Positions 1 through 9,025 of a stretch of DNA of 46,906 nt are shown here, in pieces. The first letter of the stretch is position 1; every line of letters begins with the position of its first letter. A model generated the notes under the pieces. It ran no database searches. It was not told the DNA's origin and saw only the letters and a program-made list of their open reading frames with translations. Source of the DNA: an uncultured archaeon (lineage in GTDB: Archaea > Asgardarchaeota > Lokiarchaeia > Sigyniarchaeales > SOKP01). Location: NCBI GenBank assembly GCA_964508365.1, contig CAZDTP010000028.1, forward strand, positions 1 to 46,906. The letters run 5' to 3'. The translations under genes were made by a program, and so were the position numbers.

Positions 1-43
1 TCTAAATATTTAGGATTGTAGAATATGGTTATAACTATGTGCT

Positions 44-1402
44 CTAACCTTGAAATTCTTCTAATAAAAATTCCTTAAAGTCGGTATATTCGCTAATTTC
101 TTTTGGATTTGGAAACTCAGGTTTATTCTGTATTAATTTTAGCGAGTGTGGCATTTCTGGAATGATGCCGATTAGTTTGATTATTTCTTCAGGAAATTTT
201 GAAGGATCCGCAGTTTCAAAGGTTATTGATTTAACATCATTATTCGTTGGATTACTATTACGATATATCTGGAGCGCAGCCCACCCGACAGCTCCGTGAG
301 GTTCTATTATTTTTTTATATTTATTATAAAAATTGACGATTGCATCTTTAGTTGTTTCATCGCTAATGGAATATGAAATGATATCATTGCGAAGTTCTTC
401 CAAATTTGGTTCTTTATGTATTATTCCTTTCTCGTCTATCTGTCCTCCATAAAGATCAATTATTCTTGCTAAATTTGATGGATGCCCAACATTCATAGCG
501 TTAGATATGCAGTTTACCGAAGGTTCGACTTTAGTATATACTCCCGTTTGTAAAAATATTGGAAATTCGTTATTTTCGTTTACTGCTGAGACAAATCTTT
601 CTACAGGAAGTCCCATTTTTTTAGCAATCAAACCCCCGGTAAGGTTTCCGAAATTACCTGAAGGAACGGAAAATATGACCCTTTCGGCTTTTTTACTTAC
701 AATTCTGGAATAACTCCAGAAATAATAAAGCGTCTGAGGTATCAAGCGTCCAAAGTTTATGGAATTCGCTGATGATAAGTTGATATGATTTAACTCCTCA
801 TCTGAGAATGCAGTTTTTACCAACTTTTGGCAATCGTCAAATTTACCCTCTATCCCTATAGCAATTACATTTTCACCTAATGTTGTCATTTGTTTTCTTT
901 GTAAAATGCTAATTTCGTTTTTGGGATATAATACGACAACTTTTATCCTTGCCATCTTATAAAATGCTTGAGCTACCGCGCCTCCAGTGTCTCCTGAGGT
1001 TGCAGTTAATATCGTAACATTTTTATTGTCAACTTCAAGAAAGTATTCCATTATCCTAGCTAATGTTCTTGCTCCAAAATCTTTGAAGCTACATGTTGGA
1101 CCACGATCTAAATAACATATAAAATTATTATCAGCAATCTCTTCTAAAGAGACTTTAAAGTTTAAAGCACTCTTAATTATTCGCTGAAGTTTTTCTTCCG
1201 GGACAATATTTCCAACAAATTTTGAAATTACATCGTTTGCGATAGCAATAAAATCCATATTTTTGAAGGAAGCAATTGTCTCATCAGTCAGTCTAGGTAT
1301 ATGATTTAGCATATATAACCCGTTATCTGCTGCTTGACCATGTAAAACAGCAGTTTTAAAATCAACATCTGATGTATTATAATTAGTGGAATGAAAATCC
1401 GT
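44..1402 (-). CDS. thrC: Threonine synthase (long bacterial/fungal-like class); frame extends 30 codons upstream of the ORF-track start at 1312
   Basis: PLP-lysine motif PTCSFKDFG, ATSGDTG, NSINFGRL, VPSGNFGN and EPHGAVG. In-frame upstream residues xDFHSTNYNTSDVDFKTAVLHGQAADNGLYM match the ThrC N-terminal domain. Inferred start is ACG at 1402-1400 after GGAGGT. Confidence 0.93.
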   Translation of the reverse strand, partial: TDFHSTNYNTSDVDFKTAVLHGQAADNGLYMLNHIPRLTDETIASFKNMDFIAIANDVISKFVGNIVPEEKLQRIIKSALNFKVSLEEIADNNFICYLDRGPTCSFKDFGARTLARIMEYFLEVDNKNVTILTATSGDTGGAVAQAFYKMARIKVVVLYPKNEISILQRKQMTTLGENVIAIGIEGKFDDCQKLVKTAFSDEELNHINLSSANSINFGRLIPQTLYYFWSYSRIVSKKAERVIFSVPSGNFGNLTGGLIAKKMGLPVERFVSAVNENNEFPIFLQTGVYTKVEPSVNCISNAMNVGHPSNLARIIDLYGGQIDEKGIIHKEPNLEELRNDIISYSISDETTKDAIVNFYNKYKKIIEPHGAVGWAALQIYRNSNPTNNDVKSITFETADPSKFPEEIIKLIGIIPEMPHSLKLIQNKPEFPNPKEISEYTDFKEFLLEEFQG

Positions 1403-1403
1403 T

Positions 1404-2426
1404 TCAAAGACCTCCTCTTTTTTGAACTATGTTAATAAGATCGTTTAATATCGCAGATGCGGCTTCAAAACCACCAGCTCCCTTCCCTATTAATATAATG
1501 GATCCAGCGTACTTCGTTTGAAGTTCAATAAGGTTTAATGTTCCCTGAATATTTAGTGGTGAATCTCTTTTGACCAACCTTGGTTCTACGATTAAATTAT
1601 TTCCTTCAGCAATAGCTAGATGTTTTATTACATAATCATCTAACTTAGCTAATTCTAATGCATGTGGCGTGATTTTAGTGATTCCTTTAATCTTTACATC
1701 TTCAATAGATTTTGACCATCCGAGTAATTCGTTTGATATAATTACTAGTTTCCCAGCAGCATCATAACCACTAATATCTAAAGTTGGATCCGTTTCTGCA
1801 TATCCTAACTCTTGTGCTTCTTTTAATGCTACTGAAAAAGAAATTCCTTCAGTTGTCATGCGACTTAGAATATAGTTATTTGTGCCATTTAATATTGCGC
1901 TAATTCGAGAGATAGTATTTCCTATAAGGCTTTTTTTTATAGATATAGCAGGAACGCAACTAGCAACTGTTGCTTCAAATTTAACTAAACTATTCATCTT
2001 TTTAGCTAAATCTTGAATTTTTTTGTAATGTAAATAAAAAGGTGCTTTATTTGATGAAATTACATCAATCTTTTTGTTTAATGCTTCTATAATATGTGTT
2101 AATGCGGGTTCTCCCGTATTTGGATTAGTAGGTGTGGTTTCAATACATATATCTATATTCAAGGTAGAAATTAAATCCTGAGCTTTTACATTACTTTTCC
2201 AATATTGATTTTTTCTCAAATTAGTGTTATCGTCTAAAAGATTATCTAAATCTATTCCATCGTTATCAATCAGAGCGCCGTCGTGTTCGAAAATTGCAAC
2301 TAATTTGCAATTGAAATTAAAATTAACTCTAATATTATCTTGTTTTTCTTTCAATAATTGAAGAAAACAGGTTCCAACATTTCCCATTCCAATTAAACAG
2401 ATTTTTACTTCCATATCTTCACACAT
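1404..2426 (-). CDS. hom: Homoserine dehydrogenase
   Basis: Rossmann motif IGMGNVG, SSNKAP, EATVASCVP, ILNGTNNYILSRM, AQELGYAETDPTLDISGYDAAGK and GKGAGGFEAASA; directly upstream of thrC. Confidence 0.95.
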   Translation of the reverse strand: MCEDMEVKICLIGMGNVGTCFLQLLKEKQDNIRVNFNFNCKLVAIFEHDGALIDNDGIDLDNLLDDNTNLRKNQYWKSNVKAQDLISTLNIDICIETTPTNPNTGEPALTHIIEALNKKIDVISSNKAPFYLHYKKIQDLAKKMNSLVKFEATVASCVPAISIKKSLIGNTISRISAILNGTNNYILSRMTTEGISFSVALKEAQELGYAETDPTLDISGYDAAGKLVIISNELLGWSKSIEDVKIKGITKITPHALELAKLDDYVIKHLAIAEGNNLIVEPRLVKRDSPLNIQGTLNLIELQTKYAGSIILIGKGAGGFEAASAILNDLINIVQKRGGL

Positions 2427-2436
2427 AACTAAGTTA

Positions 2437-2928
2437 TTAAGATCGTATCAAAAAGAGATTCTTCTCTTTACATATTTTTTCAATCTCATTAGTTAATTCG
2501 AATTTTGTCATATCTTCAGGAAATTCTACTTTCATTATAACACTACTTATTTCATCAATTTCAGTAAATTTAGCGTGTAATTCAAGAACTTTAATGTTCC
2601 TTGAATCCAATCGTTTGATTGTTTCTGTTATATCTGTGTCGAAAACATGCCCAGTCAATATAAAAGTTAAAATTTTATTTTTAGAGCCTACTGAAATCTT
2701 AATGAGTTGTATATTTTTTTCCATTAAGCCTTTCTTTATGTTTTTTAGCGATATTTCAATTAGTTCCTCGCTCAACTCAAACCAAATATTAACTGGAATC
2801 ATATTATTAATTTTTTTATCATGATGGTGTAATATACCATGGATATTTCCCCCATTTTGGGAGACTGGTTTAATCAATTCTATTAAACTTCCCGGAATAT
2901 CTGGTAATTTGACTTCTAAGTAAATCAT
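2437..2928 (-). CDS. Tandem ACT-domain protein
   Basis: LPDIPGSL ACT signature plus a second ACT-like repeat (LTGHVFDTDI); first gene of the hom-thrC unit. Confidence 0.8.
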   Translation of the reverse strand: MIYLEVKLPDIPGSLIELIKPVSQNGGNIHGILHHHDKKINNMIPVNIWFELSEELIEISLKNIKKGLMEKNIQLIKISVGSKNKILTFILTGHVFDTDITETIKRLDSRNIKVLELHAKFTEIDEISSVIMKVEFPEDMTKFELTNEIEKICKEKNLFLIRS

Positions 2929-3123
2929 TTTTGAAATAAATCCTAATTTTTTTGAGAAATTTATTCAACGACTAATATTATAGATAAAAATCCATCTGGT
3001 TTACAATTACCGTATCAAAGTACACTTTTTAATTTTTCTACTAATAAACTAAAATTGAAGGGTTTGAAAAAACAATTAATCTCTTTTAAAATTCTACAAG
3101 TAACTTAAAATTGGGTTATGTTT

Positions 3124-3999
3124 TTACAATAAGACGTTTAATATCATTTCTGCGCCACCAGCATTATCTAGATATTCAGCGTTCGATTTTACATCAATGA
3201 ATTTACGCTTATATTCGTTAAAAGGCGTTTTAAGATATTCTTGAATGTGAAGCGCATCGAATGTATATCGATCGTAGCAAGATGTAGGATGAGCTCCAAA
3301 AGGCACTTTCACTACGGCATTGGTTGTTTGCATTGGTAACTGCGCTTTTCCTGGCAGATATCTAATATCTTCTGTTTCAAGTAACCTTTCGCAAATAATG
3401 ATCGTTTTTTTGGCAGTCTTAGCCATATCATCGTCAACCCAAACTGCTCCCGCGATGTTTCCATTACCGTATTGGTCAGCATAAGGGACATGTAGAATAG
3501 CTACATCTAAATCAATTTTAGGTAAGGCCATTAGTTGGGTTCCTGAGCCTAAAGGATCTTCGAATTGTTTTATATCGTTCCTAACTTTAGGGAAATCTGT
3601 GCCTATCATCCCTTTTAATGGCATAAAGGGAACTTTCAAATATGAACTTTTCAATCCTAGAGCGATTGATGCTTCGCTCTCCTCAGAAACTTTTACAGAT
3701 CCCGATTCAACAGCTTTCCTATAATGTGGAGCCATACCAAAAATTTCCATACCTACGAAACAGGCTCTCACTTTAGACGCACAACCTGCAGCTACAAGCA
3801 TATCAATTTCGATCCCTCCAACAAAAGTGCAAAGAGTTAAGTCCTTTTTCTCTTGTCTAATCATTTCTCTACAAGCACTTATAGGTTTTCTCCAAAAAGA
3901 AAGCCCTCCAATTCCAACCAGATCACCATCTTGAACATAAGTAGAAATTGCGTCGTCTAAGGTCATTAATTTACTTTTTTGAATTATTGTTCTCCTCAC
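3124..3999 (-). CDS. Family I CoA-transferase alpha subunit (glutaconate CoA-transferase A-like)
   Basis: LDDAISTYVQDGDLVGIGG, DMLVAAG, VPFMP..G..GTD, HVPYADQYGN and PFGAHPTSC motifs. Confidence 0.85.
   Translation of the reverse strand: MRRTIIQKSKLMTLDDAISTYVQDGDLVGIGGLSFWRKPISACREMIRQEKKDLTLCTFVGGIEIDMLVAAGCASKVRACFVGMEIFGMAPHYRKAVESGSVKVSEESEASIALGLKSSYLKVPFMPLKGMIGTDFPKVRNDIKQFEDPLGSGTQLMALPKIDLDVAILHVPYADQYGNGNIAGAVWVDDDMAKTAKKTIIICERLLETEDIRYLPGKAQLPMQTTNAVVKVPFGAHPTSCYDRYTFDALHIQEYLKTPFNEYKRKFIDVKSNAEYLDNAGGAEMILNVLL
3919..3969 (+). repeat. Dispersed direct repeat, copy 1 (copy 2 at 15501..15551)
   Basis: 43/51 nt identical by manual alignment, with an exact 24-nt core ATCTTGAACATAAGTAGAAATTGC at 3928..3951. 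Confidence 0.85.
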
Positions 4000-4130
4000 T
4001 TCATAGAATATTGAATTTTAGATATTAAAACAATATTTAGAAACAATTTTTGTTATGTTAAAAATATAATATATTAAATTCATTGGAATATAGAAAAAAG
4101 AGGAAATAGAATTTAAAATAATCTATTGAC

Positions 4131-4898
4131 TTAAGTTTTTTTTGCTTTTTCTAATTGCTTCTTTAACTTTACAAAAAATTCTGGTGTTGAAATTTGAAAG
4201 GGTATTGGATATCTAGTACCTGCTTTATGAGTTTTTTCCATACCTTCTATAATTTCGGTAATTATCCCAATTGGTATTGAGGCAATTAAATCCGTATCAG
4301 TTGCCATGCCAAAACGGCGATCGCCAAGACATGGAAACGCAATCTGTAGTTCACCTGTAAGAATGGCATTTGAAATAGTATCGGCACAAACTCCATCACA
4401 AAAAGTTGACATTGAAATTCTCCCCCCTTTTTTCCATAAAGAGCCCTGGATTATTCTCATAATCTGGGCAGAATTACCCCAAATTAGGATTAAATCCGGC
4501 TGAAAATTAATTCGGCTTAAAGCGCCCGAAACTATAGCACTATACTGCCCGAATGGTAATTTTGGCATCGTGGCTGTGGTTTTTTTAGCGGCTTCTTTTG
4601 TTTCATTGTATCGTCCCACGAAAAAAGCGCCCTCTTCGAAAAGTTTATGCGATTTTTCAAATCCAAGAGATATTTCGGCTAAGGGACATAAATTATCCTC
4701 CTTTACACACCCCATTGTCCATCCGTAATACCTAGCATAACTGAATATTTGACAGAGAGCAATTTTTTTATCCGGTTTTTTCAGGAATTCAATGGAATCA
4801 AGTTCATCTAGGGATTCTAATAATTTAACTCCAACTGGGAATGTTGATAGCCTCAGATATTTATTTATTGAATTGTCCAGATTCTCATATTTACTCAT
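4131..4898 (-). CDS. DUF169 family protein
   Basis: LRLSTFPVGVK, ALCQ..SYAR..GW, C.LAEISLG, C.D, and PCLGDRRFG...D.L...IP pattern. Confidence 0.85.
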   Translation of the reverse strand: MSKYENLDNSINKYLRLSTFPVGVKLLESLDELDSIEFLKKPDKKIALCQIFSYARYYGWTMGCVKEDNLCPLAEISLGFEKSHKLFEEGAFFVGRYNETKEAAKKTTATMPKLPFGQYSAIVSGALSRINFQPDLILIWGNSAQIMRIIQGSLWKKGGRISMSTFCDGVCADTISNAILTGELQIAFPCLGDRRFGMATDTDLIASIPIGIITEIIEGMEKTHKAGTRYPIPFQISTPEFFVKLKKQLEKAKKT

Positions 4899-5160
4899 AA
4901 AATCACTAATAACGAATTATATATGCAATATTTTGTCCATCTGTAATATTATTAATTAATGCAACTAACCAATATTAATTCATTAAAAATAAGAATTTGA
5001 ATTAGTTTCCTTAATTTTTTGGGAATGATGTAAATAAAGATAGGTTAGAGGTAAATTAAGGAATGCTCGGTCATTGAAATCACTTGATCTTGGATTTCCT
5101 TTCCTAAATCAAAGATTACTTTAAATAAAAAAGTTAAATGATTTTTATTAAATAAGAGGA

Positions 5161-5301
5161 TCATACGATCTTATAGGAATCATCATCATTTTCTGGAACT
5201 TTTCCCTTTTGAGGGAAAATTTTGTGTCTATGTTTTTTATTCTTTTTTAGAACTACGCCATATTCTTTAACTTCTTGATTATTATCCTTTTTCCTTCCCA
5301 T
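5161..5301 (-). CDS. Putative 46-aa small basic protein missed by the ORF track
   Basis: ATG(5301) to TGA(5161) gives MGRKKDNNQEVKEYGVVLKKNKKHRHKIFPQKGKVPENDDDSYKIV; purine-rich GTGGGG upstream; co-oriented with neighbours. Confidence 0.45.
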   Translation of the reverse strand: MGRKKDNNQEVKEYGVVLKKNKKHRHKIFPQKGKVPENDDDSYKIV

Positions 5302-5363
5302 TTGGATATCCCCACTATACTAAAGTAAAATAGAGTATTTAAAGCTTCTAAATGAATGAAATT

Positions 5364-6470
5364 TTATTTTTTTTGAGCGATCTTTCTTTTCATTATTTTA
5401 TCAAACAGGTCATCCATGGTGGGAAAAGGAATAAATTGTTTATCTTTTTTGTGAAGATTTATTGCGTCCGAAGGACAATGAGCTACACAATTTCCACAAC
5501 CTATACAGCGTTTTTGCTTTATTTTCGCAATGTCATTAATAAGGTTTATTGCTTCCATTGGACAAATTTCGATGCAAGTTTTACATCCAGTACAATACTC
5601 AGCATCAACTTCTGCGTAGTAGTTAGTTATCATCATTTTACCCGGATTAGGAATCTTTAAAAATCTTGATAACCCTTCGCAACAACAGGAGCAGCAAGAA
5701 CAGAGGAATGATAATTTTTGGGAGTTATCTGCCTGAAGTACTAATCCATCTTCTTGATTTTGATTTATTATGTTAATTGCTTCTTCTTTAGTAATTTCAC
5801 GACCCCATCCTTGGTCAATATAAAGCTTTGCGGCATGACCAAATCCCATGCATATTTCTCTGCGAGTAGTAACTTTACAAGGTTGTTCTTCAATATCTTT
5901 TAGTTGTTTACATATACAATTTGCCACCATATAAGGTCCATCAGTAGTTTTTAATAATTCTTGAACCTTATCGAAATTACTGACATTCTGTTCAAATTCA
6001 ATGCTTTTTTCGACAGGTATAGTTCTTAATTGAGCTCCTTTCACTTTCAAGGTTTCAGGAAGCCATCCCTCGTCGAAATAATCGTGAAAATCTTCAATGA
6101 AATCTTTATTGAGCCTGTTTACTTGAAATTCAAAAATGCCTACCATGAGTAAAGCGTTTCCATAATACTTTTGATCTAATTCTTTTTTGGTCATAATAAG
6201 ACCTTTACGACCCATTCTATCTAGTATTATTCCTAATTCTTCTTTTGAAATACTCTTATCATTTACACGCTTGTAAATTGTATCTAATGTTTCGAGATCT
6301 CGTTCCCACCCAAATTTTAAGAGCATGGCAATTTCTGCTTCTTCAGGTGTAAAAAGATGTTTTAATACTCGAATATCAGAACCAGATTCTGTTGATGGAA
6401 AACCAATCGGCATTTTATCCAAATGCTCTTGTAGTTCTCTAAAAACATCTTTTTCTTCACTTTTCGACAT
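5364..6470 (-). CDS. 4Fe-4S dicluster-domain protein with N-terminal winged-helix-like region
   Basis: C-terminal CTGCKTCIEICP and CIGCGNCVAHCP ferredoxin motifs; central NCIC and CSCCSCCC cysteine clusters. Confidence 0.85.
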   Translation of the reverse strand: MSKSEEKDVFRELQEHLDKMPIGFPSTESGSDIRVLKHLFTPEEAEIAMLLKFGWERDLETLDTIYKRVNDKSISKEELGIILDRMGRKGLIMTKKELDQKYYGNALLMVGIFEFQVNRLNKDFIEDFHDYFDEGWLPETLKVKGAQLRTIPVEKSIEFEQNVSNFDKVQELLKTTDGPYMVANCICKQLKDIEEQPCKVTTRREICMGFGHAAKLYIDQGWGREITKEEAINIINQNQEDGLVLQADNSQKLSFLCSCCSCCCEGLSRFLKIPNPGKMMITNYYAEVDAEYCTGCKTCIEICPMEAINLINDIAKIKQKRCIGCGNCVAHCPSDAINLHKKDKQFIPFPTMDDLFDKIMKRKIAQKK

Positions 6471-6531
6471 TTACTCTTCAAATCCTAATAATGATATTTC
6501 CCAAAATATGAAATAAAAATAATAAAATCTT

Positions 6532-7500
6532 TTAAGGGGGATACCTCAATTCATAAATACTTTTTCCACCATTGAGTGGTCCCTTAATATATGGTTCAAT
6601 TTCTTTAGGATTTCTCTGTGTAATTCCTTCTATCGGTGGTAATTTTCCTGGTGGGAATGTTGTTAAAATATCATTAACTAATTTCTCTAAATAATCTAAA
6701 AGTGCTTCCATGCCTGGCTTACCTTTTTCAAAACTACCTTTACTTGGAGATCCTACATGCCCTACAGGATATGCAGCAACTTCAATTGGACCAAATCCTA
6801 CTTGACCATACCATTTAATTGGTTTTTGGTATATATTTCCTGCCTTATCAACATGTCCATCGGGCATCCAACCAACTACTTTATTATCTTCACTAGAATC
6901 AATTTTCTTGATCATTTCTGGAAAAAGCGTCATTGAAAATGAAGTTTCTGCCTCATCTGCATGAACAAAAGGGGTTTCAAAAGGACCTCCATGTTCTTTA
7001 TCCATACAATACTTTGGAATTGCATGATACCAATTAACATTACAAATAACAGCTGGTAATTGATAATTTTTTGCCCATTCATGAATAGCGCTGGGAATTA
7101 CATATTCTTGTCCATGACCATTTAAAAGAATCATTTTTCTAAAACCCATGTTCCATAAACCAGTTATAATCGCACGCAAAAGTCCTTTAAATATTTCTTC
7201 CGGGACAATAATAGTTCCTGGCATTCCCACGTGATGATATGGATGCGAACCGTACCACGTTGGTTGAGCAACTGTGCATCCTGTTTTTTGTGCTACCAAT
7301 TCTGCCATTCTAGTTACAAGAAAGGTATCTTCCCCAATACATGCTGCAGGACCATGATTTTCTGTAGAACCAGTAGGTATAATGATTACATCATTCTTTT
7401 TAACGCGTTCCCGAATTTCAGCAATATTCATATTTTGAAGATATATTCCATCTGCTTTATCAAGGTGACCTTCTTTAGGAGGTAAATTCCATTTACTCAT
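6532..7500 (-). CDS. iolN: 3-dehydro-scyllo-inosose hydrolase (creatininase family)
   Basis: GSTENHGP, GEDTFLVTRMAE, HPYHHVGMPGT, LNGHGQE, NWYHAI, FVHADEAETS and HVDKAGN closely match Thermotoga IolN (TM0413) as I recall it. Confidence 0.88.
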   Translation of the reverse strand: MSKWNLPPKEGHLDKADGIYLQNMNIAEIRERVKKNDVIIIPTGSTENHGPAACIGEDTFLVTRMAELVAQKTGCTVAQPTWYGSHPYHHVGMPGTIIVPEEIFKGLLRAIITGLWNMGFRKMILLNGHGQEYVIPSAIHEWAKNYQLPAVICNVNWYHAIPKYCMDKEHGGPFETPFVHADEAETSFSMTLFPEMIKKIDSSEDNKVVGWMPDGHVDKAGNIYQKPIKWYGQVGFGPIEVAAYPVGHVGSPSKGSFEKGKPGMEALLDYLEKLVNDILTTFPPGKLPPIEGITQRNPKEIEPYIKGPLNGGKSIYELRYPP

Positions 7501-7745
7501 ATTATTTCACATTCAAAAATTAGTTTAACGATTTGGGATAATTCTATTTCGTTAATAAATTTATTAGTCTAATGCATCTTTAACAAAAAGTCGCAACCTC
7601 TAGAATGCACATTGAACCTAGAGATAGGTTGACAGCAATTAAATTATTAACTTTGACCGCTATTAAATTTATTAATACTCCAGAATTGGTTAAAAAAAGT
7701 AATGAAGATATTTGAATAAAGAAATTATTTTATTACTGTTTTTTA

Positions 7746-8990
7746 TTACAGAAATAGCCTCTTTAGATGCCTTTCGTAAATATTTTCAGTAACATTTCGG
7801 GCGATTATCTCATCATACTTTTTTAAGGTTTTTATATAGCGGGAACCCATTTCCGCAGCAATTTTATATCCTACATGGAGCAATTGTCGAAAATTTCGAT
7901 TGTAATCTTTGCAAGATAAGTCATGTCGCAAAGCTCTACTGTATTCTTCACTAGTCCAATTTTTTACTATTTCAGGATAAGGTAATTTATCCTTATTAAT
8001 ATCTATTACTGTGGCGTATGGTGTACACAACTCATCGAATCGACCGTGAGCCTTAATATAGATCTCTTTGGCGATTTCTAGTCCCTCATCTCCCGCCATG
8101 GCTAAACCAATTAACTCCTCCAACCAAGTAGTTCCCGAAGTTTTTAAATGAATCCCTGTGTTATATTTTTTAATCGCTTTATTAATAATGTTATATATTG
8201 AGAATTTATCACTTCCCGAGTGAAGGCTTAATTTTAAATTATCAGGTAAGGAGAATTTTTTTTTCGCAAATTGGATTAGGGCTAAGATAATCTCTAGTTC
8301 TTCGGAAAAATGCTCAATATTTCCTTCATAATCAACGCCTTTATTAAATCTACCTGAAAATTTAGGAGCTATCGTTTGAATAGGAATCTTTTCATCAGCT
8401 ATAGCAGCAAGAATAAACAATATTTCAATTGGTGCTTGAGGTTCGTTCGTTTCGTCCATCGAAATTTCAATTATGTAATTATCCTTACCTTTGCTCTTCT
8501 CAATCTTGCGATACACCCTTCCTGCTTCCTTTACAGCATAAAGATATTTTTCTGCAATTGCTCTTAATTGCTCTTTGTTGATCCTTAAAGGTTCCTTGAT
8601 ATTTGAAATGAATAATTTTCCTATGAGATTTTCATACTTCTCGACAAATGTGTTTATCTCGGCTTCAGATGCCTTTTCATTAATAAATTCAGCTACATCA
8701 ATTGTAAAATAATTACTCGAATCAATAAATAAATCAATATTAGAAATTCCGATGTGATCGGCGTCGATATAATAATTACCTTTCCAATTTAAATCTCTCA
8801 CTGCATTTTGAGCTTCTTTTAAAACATCAGCAGGAGTAGATTTAGTGACTAGATGCTCCCGGTGAGATTTATTCCACACGATTGCGATATCAACATCATT
8901 CTCTTGTGCTTTAATGATCGCTTTCAATTGAGCCTTTCCTTGGCAACCAAACCTATCTCCAGTACCAATTGAATATTTTTTTAGTCTCAT
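7746..8990 (-). CDS. uxaE: D-tagaturonate/D-fructuronate epimerase
   Basis: GTGDRFG, IDADH, EISMDET, APKFSGRFNKGVDY, SLHSGSDKFSIY and HLKTSGTTWLEEL motifs; located in a hexuronate cluster. Confidence 0.9.
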   Translation of the reverse strand: MRLKKYSIGTGDRFGCQGKAQLKAIIKAQENDVDIAIVWNKSHREHLVTKSTPADVLKEAQNAVRDLNWKGNYYIDADHIGISNIDLFIDSSNYFTIDVAEFINEKASEAEINTFVEKYENLIGKLFISNIKEPLRINKEQLRAIAEKYLYAVKEAGRVYRKIEKSKGKDNYIIEISMDETNEPQAPIEILFILAAIADEKIPIQTIAPKFSGRFNKGVDYEGNIEHFSEELEIILALIQFAKKKFSLPDNLKLSLHSGSDKFSIYNIINKAIKKYNTGIHLKTSGTTWLEELIGLAMAGDEGLEIAKEIYIKAHGRFDELCTPYATVIDINKDKLPYPEIVKNWTSEEYSRALRHDLSCKDYNRNFRQLLHVGYKIAAEMGSRYIKTLKKYDEIIARNVTENIYERHLKRLFL

Positions 8991-9025
8991 TATTAAGATA
9001 CACTTATCTCTTGAATTCTTTATAA

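Noticed and set aside
7595-7635. Imperfect inverted repeat (AACCT-N6-AGGTT) between uxaE and iolN as an operator
   Set aside because: Only a 5-bp arm, not repeated at the iolM/iolO divergent promoter, and no regulator gene nearby.
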